From a virus (taxonomy: Duplodnaviria > Caudoviricetes): a stretch of 38,922 bases of DNA. Position 1 is the stretch's first letter. Each line of letters opens with the position of its first letter. The notes below the pieces were generated by a model. The model saw nothing but the letters and a program-made list of their open reading frames with translations, did not search any database and was not told the origin of the DNA. The position numbers and the translations under genes are program-made. The stretch is from positions 1 through 38,922 of the IMG/VR virus record IMGVR_UViG_3300011971_000003; one strand, 5' to 3'. Of the stretch, positions 1 through 8,831 are shown piece by piece.

Positions 1-1732
1 GTATATGAACCTCGTGGTTATAGAAGTCCCTTGTTTTGTGGCTAAAGTCTGAATTAATCCACTGTTTTTGCTCTGCCTTAGCTTGATTGACATCAATAGA
101 TAGGTCATCATAAATCTCTTCAATGTTTCCAAACTCTAGCAATTTAAGGGCTTTTTGGGGATCGTCAAGAATCTTTCTATCCCAGAGGTTTAGGACAAAC
201 TCTTGTCTTGCTGCTGTACTCTTCGGCATTGCGCTGCCAGCAACAACACGAACGTCTGTGTTTCCTTTTAAATCCGATCCTTGGAACTCTTTTGTCTCTA
301 CTGCATTATTCTTACCGACAATCTTTATCATACGTGGTTCTAGATAGTTATCTTGGATTAGTTCAAGAACAAATTGCGCCCACTTTTCATAGGTGGATTC
401 AATGTTGTGAATAATGGGGCCTAGTTTTGTATCATCTTGTTCGGCTAGAAAACTTAACGCTACACCTGACTTAACTCCAGATGCGGCCGCCCCGTTTGAT
501 ACCTCATGAACTCCGCTAATATCCTCAAAGTCCCTTAGTTGGAGTTCTAGTTCTGCTTGAATGTGACCAGGTTCAGTGGGTGGAGTTTCCCACGTTGGCA
601 TGTTTGATCCTTGTCTATATTCAATAATCTCTCCCGGTTCCATCGTTGGATCACTGAGTAAAGAGTTTTGCTGTACTAGCAGTCGTTGATTACCTGTTCT
701 AGTTTGGTTTAGCCTTCGTTGTGTCCTAGTCTTGTTGTGTTCCCTCTGTACCGGTATGAGGTCCTCAATATTACTTGATCCATGTACTCTACCTGGTACT
801 AGGTTGTGAGCTATCACAAAGTAAGGTAAGCGTTTATAGGGCATATCCTCAAGCTGTAAGAGCTTTCCGTTGGCTATGGTGATGTGCCTTCCTTTTGAAT
901 GCTTCTTACTTGGCATCTCCCAATATTCTTTAACAATGACAGAGTTCTTTATTTTAATAGGCTTAGTGTCAACATTATTACTCCCGTTGATGTTTGCCAG
1001 CATTCCATTGAATAGATTTGTGCTTTCAAGATTTGTCTCATTGCCAACTTCAACGTCATACTCTTCTTTGACATAATCGGTTGTTCTTAGCTTTGATTCA
1101 CAGCACCATGCAGAATCGTCGAACTCGTCTGCTGATGGATCAAACCTGAAATCGAAGGGAGATACAACAGAGCAATCAACGTCACCCAGCATACTGCCCT
1201 TAGTGACTTCCTTGCCTTCTCCATCCTTCTCGAACTCTCCCTTATCGTCTAGGGTGTTGAGTTCTACCTCTTCGCCAAGTTTAGCATTCCAAAATGATTT
1301 CAATATCCCTGTACCTGTTGTGATCTGCCACAATGCGGCCTTGAATCTCTTTTCATCCATGTTTGCCCTGCGCCAGATATAATCAAGGGATTGAGTGCCT
1401 ACCTTCGCAGAGTCAATATCATCTTCATCGTTCGTAGCTGCGATGACAGTGAATTGAATCTTTGATTTAGTGATCTTTGCCAACTCTGTCCTAATAGCTG
1501 GGCGAATGCGGTTAATAGTGACCCGTTCTTCCCAATTCTCTTTAGGCTTTTCTACGATCTTCCTAGAGTTTTTATCATATGCTACCCATTGCTTACCTGT
1601 AAGGTACGCGATATTGACAGCCCATTGTTGTTCAAGGCCGATGTTCTCCGCTTCTTTGATCTTGTCCTCAACATAGGTAACCATGGATTCCTCATTAATA
1701 TCTTCCGGTTTATCGGATATAATCTTTGCCAA
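1..1732 (-). CDS. Portal protein, 5' part (continues from 38823 down to 38491; ~687 aa in total)
   Basis: TTG start after GAAGGTGG; MAKIISDKPEDINEESMVTYVEDKIK...AYLTGKQW; lies between terL and scaffold; Q/P-rich C-terminus as in P22-like portals; absent from the ORF track because it runs off the window edge. Confidence 0.85.
   Translation of the reverse strand, partial: MAKIISDKPEDINEESMVTYVEDKIKEAENIGLEQQWAVNIAYLTGKQWVAYDKNSRKIVEKPKENWEERVTINRIRPAIRTELAKITKSKIQFTVIAATNDEDDIDSAKVGTQSLDYIWRRANMDEKRFKAALWQITTGTGILKSFWNAKLGEEVELNTLDDKGEFEKDGEGKEVTKGSMLGDVDCSVVSPFDFRFDPSADEFDDSAWCCESKLRTTDYVKEEYDVEVGNETNLESTNLFNGMLANINGSNNVDTKPIKIKNSVIVKEYWEMPSKKHSKGRHITIANGKLLQLEDMPYKRLPYFVIAHNLVPGRVHGSSNIEDLIPVQREHNKTRTQRRLNQTRTGNQRLLVQQNSLLSDPTMEPGEIIEYRQGSNMPTWETPPTEPGHIQAELELQLRDFEDISGVHEVSNGAAASGVKSGVALSFLAEQDDTKLGPIIHNIESTYEKWAQFVLELIQDNYLEPRMIKIVGKNNAVETKEFQGSDLKGNTDVRVVAGSAMPKSTAARQEFVLNLWDRKILDDPQKALKLLEFGNIEEIYDDLSIDVNQAKAEQKQWINSDFSHKTRDFYNHEVHI
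2..99. repeat. Terminal direct repeat, left copy (circular assembly overlap)
   Basis: 98 bp identical to 38824-38921; portal frame continues across the join. Confidence 0.95.
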
Positions 1733-1764
1733 GTTCTTCACCACCTTCCAAATAAAAAGAAGCC

Positions 1765-2022
1765 CTATTTCTTAGGCTTCGGATAATCAAGTGGATTCTT
1801 TAGATTTTTAAAGTCATCATCCATGATAGGTTGTGATGTAGCGTTTATAAAATCCTGCTTAGTTAGTATAATGTAACCGGGTATCTCAACTTCTTTAAAC
1901 TCACAAGGCAATGACCCTAACCTTAATTCTTCCCTTAGTTTAGCTTCTGCTTCTTCTTCATTCTCAGCTATCACCGCACCTTGGATATATCGAAATCCTC
2001 CTTGATATAGCTTATAAATCAA
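1765..2022 (-). CDS. Hypothetical protein
   Basis: 85 aa ORF coupled to neighbours in the packaging operon. Confidence 0.7.
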   Translation of the reverse strand: MIYKLYQGGFRYIQGAVIAENEEEAEAKLREELRLGSLPCEFKEVEIPGYIILTKQDFINATSQPIMDDDFKNLKNPLDYPKPKK

Positions 2023-2209
2023 TGTAGTTATTCTCCTTTTCTTCCTTCGGCTTTGGTTCGACTACCTCTGTCATTTGCTTGAACTCCACAAAATCTTTAG
2101 CGTGGATACGATCATAAAGTTCCCTGCGTTCTATTGCTGTGCTTTTGTTATGATAGTAAAGAAAGGTGAGCGTTGCTAGATAAGTTAAGCACAATAAGAC
2201 GGTTGTCAT
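2012..2209 (-). CDS. Small membrane-anchored hypothetical protein
   Basis: N-terminal hydrophobic stretch; overlaps terL stop. Confidence 0.7.
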   Translation of the reverse strand: MTTVLLCLTYLATLTFLYYHNKSTAIERRELYDRIHAKDFVEFKQMTEVVEPKPKEEKENNYIDL

Positions 2210-3606
2210 AAATCTGTATACCTTCCTTTCTTCTTCTTACCACTTATTATTGCTTCGAGATGTCGTTTCGCCTGACCTGTTGGTGATGTGTCATAGTCTG
2301 GCTTCTTTGGTATTTTTGTCGGGCATGGTCTGCCAGCTATCCAATACCTTAATGCCGCTGGTGCGTGCGTAACTCCATGAGGTATTTCTGCACAGTCGTT
2401 AGGGTCTTTTTCGTCCTTTAGAATACTCTCTATCGAGCGTATAAGATTTCCGCAATTATTAAATATCTTTAAGTCCGATGTTTTGACATAGTCACCGAAT
2501 TCGTCTTGTGTCTCATGAACAACTAACCACTCTTTGAGGTTCATCCATCCTGCTACACGAGCGTTACTCGCTATCGTTATCCATATGTCATTATCGCCAA
2601 ACAGCTCCCTCATACTCTTTCCTGTGTCCTTCTGCCTTGATTCCATATCTGGAGGAGCAAGGGTGTCATATATCTTATCGTCTCCATTTACCTCATGTAT
2701 CCTTTTTGATGCCGCTGAAACGATGTGCCCTGACTCATACAGCTCTTTATACACATATGCCCTACCGCGCTCATCCGTAGTTATCCAGTAGCATGCAAGC
2801 ATATCAAAGCCATAGTCGAATACCCTATATTTACGCCAATGCTCAGGTATTGGGAACGGCTTTATGACATGTATATCTCTTCTGAATTCCTCGAAGTAAT
2901 TACCGCCAGGGATGCCATACTCTCCCAATCCAACTACCTTATATCTATCAGGGTTAGTTATCTCAAGGTCTGTAATCTTCTTTCGGTCCTGATCGTCTAA
3001 CCACTCATTACACTTAAAGGTTGTTGTTAGTGTGATTGTGTCCGGGTGTTCATTATCAAAGTATCTATCTTTAGTCCAATGTGAGTTAACCCAGGGGTTG
3101 AATGTCAATGTCACTTGTTTCCAGAGGTTGTCTGGCATTTCTCCACGGATTGACTCGTCAAAGGTGTCGAAGTCGTTCACATTATCTATCTCATAAGCTT
3201 CCTCGATCCATGCCCAACACAAGACACCGACATCCACCGTCATTGATGTTAGCTTTAATGGATCGTCGAACCCTCTAAACAATATCTTCTGCCCAGTAGC
3301 AATGTATGTGCATTCAAGAGGGGATAGAGTAAACTTCCATTTATCGAATACTCCTAACCTCTTCGCCGCCCACTTGAGCTGTGCGAATGTACTGTCCTTG
3401 TGGGTATTGAATGTTTTGCGTACTACAACAGCATTAGCTTTGCTGTGCTTCATTACGTTATAGATAAACCAAAGGGCAGTCGTAACGGATTTCTTCGATC
3501 CCCGACCGCCCTTTAATACTCGATACCTTTTCTTGCTATTCCAGAATGAAGCATACCCCTTACCGACTATATCAGGGAGATTGATTTGTTCAGTTTTAAT
3601 GCCCAA
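2206..3606 (-). CDS. terL: Terminase large subunit (PBSX-family ATPase domain)
   Basis: Walker A KGGRGSKKS, Walker B WIEEA, TFNP coupling motif, C-terminal DYG...ALRY nuclease region. Confidence 0.95.
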   Translation of the reverse strand: MGIKTEQINLPDIVGKGYASFWNSKKRYRVLKGGRGSKKSVTTALWFIYNVMKHSKANAVVVRKTFNTHKDSTFAQLKWAAKRLGVFDKWKFTLSPLECTYIATGQKILFRGFDDPLKLTSMTVDVGVLCWAWIEEAYEIDNVNDFDTFDESIRGEMPDNLWKQVTLTFNPWVNSHWTKDRYFDNEHPDTITLTTTFKCNEWLDDQDRKKITDLEITNPDRYKVVGLGEYGIPGGNYFEEFRRDIHVIKPFPIPEHWRKYRVFDYGFDMLACYWITTDERGRAYVYKELYESGHIVSAASKRIHEVNGDDKIYDTLAPPDMESRQKDTGKSMRELFGDNDIWITIASNARVAGWMNLKEWLVVHETQDEFGDYVKTSDLKIFNNCGNLIRSIESILKDEKDPNDCAEIPHGVTHAPAALRYWIAGRPCPTKIPKKPDYDTSPTGQAKRHLEAIISGKKKKGRYTDL

Positions 3607-3710
3607 TCCCTCCTAAAATGTCCGTGTGGGGTGGACTTTTACTATCTATGTGCTGTGATCCGCTTATAGATTGATTGTGAATGTTACACATCGTTATTAT
3701 GTTACATTCG

Positions 3711-3797
3711 CTAATCTTCTGTCCATCCGATAACTCTCCAAACGATAGGAGTGATGACCACGAGTGATATACCACTAATTATCATATCAGGTATCAT
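3711..3797 (-). CDS. 28-aa hydrophobic peptide
   Basis: GGAGG RBS; MIPDMIISGISLVVITPIVWRVIGWTED; starts right after terS stop. Confidence 0.5.
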   Translation of the reverse strand: MIPDMIISGISLVVITPIVWRVIGWTED

Positions 3798-3800
3798 TGT

Positions 3801-4235
3801 TTAATCCTCCAAATCCTTCTCACCTTTGAATATGACCATGTTGCTACTAACGTCAACCTTGTCAGTAAACATCGCTAAGTGCTTTCCTATCAGCTCGGTT
3901 GACTTGTTGGCTCCCGATGAATCGAACCTGTACTCTCCTGTTTCAACCATTTCCCTTAGCTCTCTGTCGAATACCATTACCGGTTCAGCTGTCATGCACC
4001 TATCAGATATGTCTTTCAAGCGCTTCAGTACCCATTCAGCATCAAGTCCGACTTTACCAGCTCTCTTTGCTTGCTCCTTTGCTATCGCTTCAGCTACTGA
4101 AGTATTATGAAGGAGTTGATAACCTTGCTCCATCGAAGTCTTAGGAGAATACCCTGCACGAACAGCACTCGCAGAAGCATTAAGGTCTACTATATATTCT
4201 CTAACAAATGCCTGTTGCTTTGGCGTTAGTGCCAT
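3801..4235 (-). CDS. terS: Terminase small subunit
   Basis: LTPKQQAFVREYIVDLNASASAVRAGYS and ELIGKHLAMFTDK Terminase_2 signatures. Confidence 0.95.
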   Translation of the reverse strand: MALTPKQQAFVREYIVDLNASASAVRAGYSPKTSMEQGYQLLHNTSVAEAIAKEQAKRAGKVGLDAEWVLKRLKDISDRCMTAEPVMVFDRELREMVETGEYRFDSSGANKSTELIGKHLAMFTDKVDVSSNMVIFKGEKDLED

Positions 4236-4248
4236 TGTGCTTACCTCC

Positions 4249-4563
4249 CTACATTAAACAAAGTTGAAGTTGTATTACGTGTAATAACTGATCTTTCCAT
4301 AGATCATATGTTAGTGTATCAGTCTTATCTTCCTTACGGGATTTCCATCTATCAATAACGAAATGCCCAACAAATAGCATTGCTACTTTCCATAGTGCAT
4401 AATTACCCGTAATAAATAACCCTGTTGTGATGGTTCCTGTCCATATAACACAATGGGCAAATAGCAAATAGTCATATTTTCCCTTGAAGTTTGCCAGGAA
4501 CTCTCCTTGTAGCGGAAAGTCGGCTATGAAGTGTAACCAAAATAGAATCATGAATTGAAACAT
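4249..4563 (-). CDS. DUF3307-like membrane protein
   Basis: HFIADFPLQ...HFVIDRWK...DQLLH motifs. Confidence 0.8.
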   Translation of the reverse strand: MFQFMILFWLHFIADFPLQGEFLANFKGKYDYLLFAHCVIWTGTITTGLFITGNYALWKVAMLFVGHFVIDRWKSRKEDKTDTLTYDLWKDQLLHVIQLQLCLM

Positions 4564-4772
4564 TATTCCATATGCACCCCTTTATTATCCCTCATCATCC
4601 TGTTAAACTCTGTAAAGTCTGGTGTATCCTCATACCTTTGTACTACACCTTGAATATCACTGCACTTCTCTATCTCTTTATCCCATACAGGGCATGAAGC
4701 ACAGTTTACCTTATCGTATCCTTCATAACCTGGTGCTGTTTTCCATTCCCTACAGCCTCTTCTATCTTGCAT
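4563..4772 (-). CDS. Hypothetical Cys-containing protein
   Basis: GGAGGTG RBS, 69 aa, CxxC. Confidence 0.65.
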   Translation of the reverse strand: MQDRRGCREWKTAPGYEGYDKVNCASCPVWDKEIEKCSDIQGVVQRYEDTPDFTEFNRMMRDNKGVHME

Positions 4773-4798
4773 GATCGTTACACCTCCATATATTGTCC

Positions 4799-5152
4799 TT
4801 ATATTTCGGCTGTATATTTAATCACCGTCTGCAATGCGCTTATCTGTGCTTGTATGGCCCTCAATGATTCCTTGCCGCTATTATATTTAAACTCAGCTAC
4901 ATCACGCAGAAACTTAAGGTTTGCTTGGTTTCCTCTTGCTATGTCGGGTATTAAGGTTACGCTCATTCCCTGTGACTTTAATAGCACTATCTCTATTGCT
5001 AGTGCATTGCGGTATTCTCTCTCTGTCTCTGCGCTTGCCTTTGCTAGTATAAAGAGTGCATCGACTCCTTTGGCTAGTCTCTGGCTTGCTGTATGTATTT
5101 CTGAGGCTATGCTTTGTATCTCTATTGCGTTCACCTCTTTATATTTAGGCAT
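4799..5152 (-). CDS. Helical phage hypothetical protein (start uncertain)
   Basis: 117 aa helical ORF; first gene after the late leader terminator. Confidence 0.7.
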   Translation of the reverse strand: MPKYKEVNAIEIQSIASEIHTASQRLAKGVDALFILAKASAETEREYRNALAIEIVLLKSQGMSVTLIPDIARGNQANLKFLRDVAEFKYNSGKESLRAIQAQISALQTVIKYTAEI

Positions 5153-5184
5153 AAGGAAAGCGCACCCATCACAAGGTACGCTTT
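5151..5184 (-). terminator. Intrinsic terminator/attenuator
   Basis: AAAGCGTACC/GGTGCGCTTT stem followed by CCTTAT. Confidence 0.6.
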
Positions 5185-5187
5185 TTC

Positions 5188-5263
5188 ACTTCCCGAGTTA
5201 GGATTCACACCTAAAACATTAACCGGGTGTCTCCGACTAATGCCGTAATTAACATGGGGAAGT
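5188..5263 (-). ncRNA. 76-nt tRNA-like three-way-junction RNA in the late-operon leader
   Basis: ACTTCCC/GGGAAGT closing stem, 11-bp internal stem, T-arm-like TTAGG-TGTGAAT-CCTAA. Confidence 0.55.
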
Positions 5264-5294
5264 AAACTTATTTTAGGGTATGACCTATGAGGTA

Positions 5295-5324
5295 ATTATA
5301 CCATATCTTTTCTTTATTTGTCAA
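5295..5324 (-). promoter_or_regulatory. SigA consensus promoter (late operon)
   Basis: TTGACA-N18-TATAAT with extended TG. Confidence 0.8.
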
Positions 5325-5342
5325 ATATGTTATGATGAAATG

Positions 5343-5672
5343 TTACATTCCTAATCGTTTCATATACTCTGGTATTTTCTTCTGTGGTTTCCTTGGCACC
5401 CTGCACTTCCCTCCACCACCCGGAGCGCTTGGTCCGTCTAGCGGTAATACTTCTTTATGATGGAGATTAGGAGGGCTTGACTTAGCCCACCATCCCCAAA
5501 AATTCTCTTTCTCTTGCATACCCATTATCTCTCTTGCACTATTCGCAGCCTCTTTAGCTATTCTCTTTTCTATTTCTGCTATTTCTCCGTGATATAGTCC
5601 GGCTATGCAATCCTTTAGCCTTAGACAATCTTCACAGTTTGACCATCCATTAGGACATTCTCTATCCTCCAT
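5343..5672 (-). CDS. Hypothetical protein
   Basis: 109 aa with RBS and Cys cluster. Confidence 0.65.
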   Translation of the reverse strand: MEDRECPNGWSNCEDCLRLKDCIAGLYHGEIAEIEKRIAKEAANSAREIMGMQEKENFWGWWAKSSPPNLHHKEVLPLDGPSAPGGGGKCRVPRKPQKKIPEYMKRLGM

Positions 5673-5685
5673 GTTATGCCCCTCT

Positions 5686-5886
5686 CTAGCTATGCGCGAT
5701 ATTGTAGATCATCATGAATTTGCCTAACTCTTCACGTTCTCTTCTGTCTGATTCATTCCTTATGTTTATTAAGCAATTCTTGCATGTTACATATTCATTG
5801 TTATCTGTCATTTCATTGCTAAACATGTATAATCCGCATCGTGTTTTACTGGCATCGTTTTTATTTTGTGAATGCATCTTCATCAT
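5686..5886 (-). CDS. Hypothetical Zn-binding protein
   Basis: H...CG...VTCKNC motif. Confidence 0.65.
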   Translation of the reverse strand: MMKMHSQNKNDASKTRCGLYMFSNEMTDNNEYVTCKNCLINIRNESDRREREELGKFMMIYNIAHS

Positions 5887-5977
5887 CTACCTTATTCCCC
5901 TTTCACCTGATCGTTCACATCCGGCATACTGAGGTATCTATCCCTTAGTGCTTTTAGAATCTCTATATACTTTTCAC

Positions 5978-6487
5978 TCATATCTTATTCCTCATCAAGC
6001 ATTCCATCGCTCCCACGGCTACCGCTGCAACATGGGTGAGTTCCTTAATTATTTGTTCGTATCCACCTAAGTTTTTCTTTGTTGCGTTGTTGAGGTATGT
6101 TTCATTGACCGCTTGGCAATACTCGCCGAACTCTTCCCCTAGTATCCCTACCCATCCTTGCTGTGAGTGGTTTTGTTCTCCCCATTTGATGTCTTGGCGG
6201 TTGCGCTCTTTGTTGATGAGCAAGATAGTTGCTAACCTTGTTTCGTAATTTGTTTCCGATTCTTCAAACTCTATGAAATGTTCACTAAAAAACGTTGCTC
6301 CCATAACATTTCTCTTAATAACGTGGACACTACTTCCTTGCTCGTTCCTTTTCGCCCTGCCTGTTCCCCTATCATCAATTATCATTTCATACGTTTTTCC
6401 TTTGATAAATGCTATATTTCCGCTTTCTTCCATTACGACATCTTTAATACACTTTATTTTCATCTTTATCTTCCCCTTATGTTGCAT
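5978..6487 (-). CDS. MazG-like nucleotide pyrophosphohydrolase domain protein
   Basis: C-terminal ERNRQDIKWGEQNH...GEEFGE...ELTHVAAVAV. Confidence 0.75.
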   Translation of the reverse strand: MQHKGKIKMKIKCIKDVVMEESGNIAFIKGKTYEMIIDDRGTGRAKRNEQGSSVHVIKRNVMGATFFSEHFIEFEESETNYETRLATILLINKERNRQDIKWGEQNHSQQGWVGILGEEFGEYCQAVNETYLNNATKKNLGGYEQIIKELTHVAAVAVGAMECLMRNKI

Positions 6488-7038
6488 TGTTGTCGTGTTG
6501 TTATCTGTTTATCATTCCATCGTTGGATTAACCACTCGTCTCGGCATCCTGTAACCTTAGCTAACTCTCGTATCATTGCGCTATACTCAGGGTAATATTT
6601 CCGTTGCCATTCCTCTAGATATGTTTGCTTTGCGCTTTTGGTTTTGCTCCCATGAATTGATTCAATACCCATAGTGTGACAGGTAACACAGACACAAACT
6701 ACATTCTCCATGCGTTGTATATACTCCGGTCCATAGCGTGTGCTCTGCCTAATAATGTGGTGATGCTGTTGGGCTTGTCCTCCGCATATAACGCACTTTT
6801 CTTCGTCTCGTTCTTCTACTTGCCTGTACGCTATTGCTTTGAGTTTTTCCTTTACTTTGTTGTGGCTCCCCTTTGGCTTGATCGGCTTAGGTTTTCTGTT
6901 AACAGGTTTTATTTTCGGCAGGGCTAAGGATTCCCAAAAAGCCTCCGTCTGTCCTTTTGTACCCTCTACTGCATCCCCGAATTTATGGCATATTGTTTTG
7001 TGTCTCTTATCCCATTTACTCCTCCGTTGTGTGGGCAT
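6466..7038 (-). CDS. HNH endonuclease
   Basis: CVICG...HHHII...ENVVCVCVTCH. Confidence 0.8.
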   Translation of the reverse strand: MPTQRRSKWDKRHKTICHKFGDAVEGTKGQTEAFWESLALPKIKPVNRKPKPIKPKGSHNKVKEKLKAIAYRQVEERDEEKCVICGGQAQQHHHIIRQSTRYGPEYIQRMENVVCVCVTCHTMGIESIHGSKTKSAKQTYLEEWQRKYYPEYSAMIRELAKVTGCRDEWLIQRWNDKQITTRQQCNIRGR

Positions 7039-7058
7039 ATGTTTACCCCCTTATTCAC

Positions 7059-7439
7059 TTATACGAGTTCCATTTTTGCATAATCTTCTTTAAGTTTATT
7101 AAGATATTTCCCAGCTTCCCACTCTCTATAAATCTCAAACCATTCATCGGCCGGCATTGTTATCATCCATGGACAGTTATTTTTTCGATGAGCCACTATC
7201 GATAATTGATCTTCCCTTGAATCCCTTTGGCTTTGGTCCATTGCGTTAGCTATGTTCAATGCCTGTACTCTCTTCACCTCAACATGGATACCGGGCAATC
7301 CAACAACATCTTCTCCTTCTAATCCGCTAAACTGTTGACCTCTCCGAACTTCGCTATACCCTTGATCCCTGCATAGTCGAGAAAACTCTCTTTCTCCCCT
7401 AGCTCCCTTTGCTCTGCTGTTTGTCATTCTGTCACCCAC
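7059..7439 (-). CDS. PD-(D/E)XK Holliday-junction resolvase-like nuclease
   Basis: SRAKGARGERE...EDV...HVEVKR. Confidence 0.8.
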   Translation of the reverse strand: MGDRMTNSRAKGARGEREFSRLCRDQGYSEVRRGQQFSGLEGEDVVGLPGIHVEVKRVQALNIANAMDQSQRDSREDQLSIVAHRKNNCPWMITMPADEWFEIYREWEAGKYLNKLKEDYAKMELV

Positions 7440-7897
7440 TCTAGGCTGTTCCTAATTGCTGTATGGGATGATTGTGCCTGTTGATGATTTAAACATGTTA
7501 GAGCGTGCTTCTGTGACCTCTGAGAGTCTTTAAATGCTTTATTGATCATGTCCAGTTTTACTTCACCCTTAGTCTTGATCTTCTCTATCATCATGTAGCC
7601 GTTGATTCTTAATTCAACTTCATTCATGGAGATAGACCCCTCAATCAATCCAAGCATTAATCCCCTCACTGGGAATTTATCGGTAAACTTCCCACCCTCA
7701 AGCATTTCCTCTATCATTTCTTTAGCCTTTTCGATATAGATTGCTTGGTCAGCGTTTTCTTCGGCAGCGTACTCTAGGACTTCTAGTGCTGTTAGGTGGA
7801 GAGGGTTGTCCTTCATGTCTGCGCCATATTTGCGGATACCTTTATCTGTCTGAGCTTCAATGCGCTTAACAATTCGATCGCTATAAGGATTTTTCAT
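7424..7897 (-). CDS. Hypothetical protein (possible dNTP pyrophosphatase-like fold)
   Basis: KGIRKYG...EENADQAIY motif. Confidence 0.6.
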   Translation of the reverse strand: MKNPYSDRIVKRIEAQTDKGIRKYGADMKDNPLHLTALEVLEYAAEENADQAIYIEKAKEMIEEMLEGGKFTDKFPVRGLMLGLIEGSISMNEVELRINGYMMIEKIKTKGEVKLDMINKAFKDSQRSQKHALTCLNHQQAQSSHTAIRNSLEWVTE

Positions 7898-8412
7898 ATA
7901 GTCACCCTTTCTTTGATAAACATTTTAGGACCTTTTTTCCAATAACTTTTTGCACTCGCTCTCTGGGCTACCTCTTCTTTGGTTAATGGACTAGTATTAG
8001 TAGCATCTTCTACGCTCCATCCATGTCTTAATCTCCATCTGTATGAATCGTATTTCACACCTTTTTGCTCTGCCTTCTTAATGTTTGCGATTGGATAAAT
8101 AGTGTTATTTCTTTTTAATTCTGCCATTGCCTCGATAATGTCTCTTCTTTGCATAACTGGCATGGTTGCAGCTTTCTCTATGCTCATTCCTAATACGGTT
8201 ACTCTTTTATAAAAGGCATCCATGGAAATGTTGTTTTCTTTTGCTATATCTGTCCATTTACCATATTTATTAGCTTTCCTTGATGGTTTGGTAATTGCCT
8301 CTTCTATTGGCCATCCCTGAACCCTCACCCTATCCGTAACTAATCTAGCGCATATTCCATTTTGTTCGGCAATCCTATAATGGTCAGGTGTGATGTAAAA
8401 CTCATATGCCAT
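7894..8412 (-). CDS. Phage protein with three internal HTH-like repeats
   Basis: Repeats of the type AEQNGI...RV..GW.IE.A.T.P. Confidence 0.75.
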   Translation of the reverse strand: MAYEFYITPDHYRIAEQNGICARLVTDRVRVQGWPIEEAITKPSRKANKYGKWTDIAKENNISMDAFYKRVTVLGMSIEKAATMPVMQRRDIIEAMAELKRNNTIYPIANIKKAEQKGVKYDSYRWRLRHGWSVEDATNTSPLTKEEVAQRASAKSYWKKGPKMFIKERVTI

Positions 8413-8608
8413 ACTTCACATAACTCCTTTTGTGATCATCAACATATCCCCCAGAGTCCCATGCGAAGATACCAACATTGCTGGGTAGATCGTTTCGTTT
8501 GCGCCAGTAACTTACGCTGTTTGGTATACAACCAAGCTCTTGAGCTATTTCTTTATCTAATAGGCCACGCTCCCATAGTTGAATCGCTTTTTCATTGTCT
8601 ATTTTCAT
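8402..8608 (-). CDS. Small HTH protein
   Basis: DKEIAQELGCIPNSVSYWR. Confidence 0.75.
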   Translation of the reverse strand: MKIDNEKAIQLWERGLLDKEIAQELGCIPNSVSYWRKRNDLPSNVGIFAWDSGGYVDDHKRSYVKYGI

Positions 8609-8619
8609 TTGTTTATCTC

Positions 8620-8811
8620 CTATCTATGCCTTAGGGCCTCAATGCACTTACCGACGTCCATTCGTACCCCTTCTCTTTTTGCAGCGTCCCACGCTCGTTC
8701 TAGGCCGTCTAGGAATGATTCTAGGTCCCTTATCCGATGCGGTTCTATTGCTTGCTTATAGGTTGGTCTGGATTTAGAGAATTTACGAGGGTTCTTTGCT
8801 ATAGTGGTCAT
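8620..8811 (-). CDS. Hypothetical protein
   Basis: AGGAGG RBS, 63 aa. Confidence 0.6.
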   Translation of the reverse strand: MTTIAKNPRKFSKSRPTYKQAIEPHRIRDLESFLDGLERAWDAAKREGVRMDVGKCIEALRHR

Positions 8812-8831
8812 GGCTTGTCCCTCCTATCGAT

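Noticed and set aside
1-99. Terminal repeat as a physical phage DTR or att site
   Set aside because: It falls in the middle of the portal ORF; best explained as circular assembly overlap
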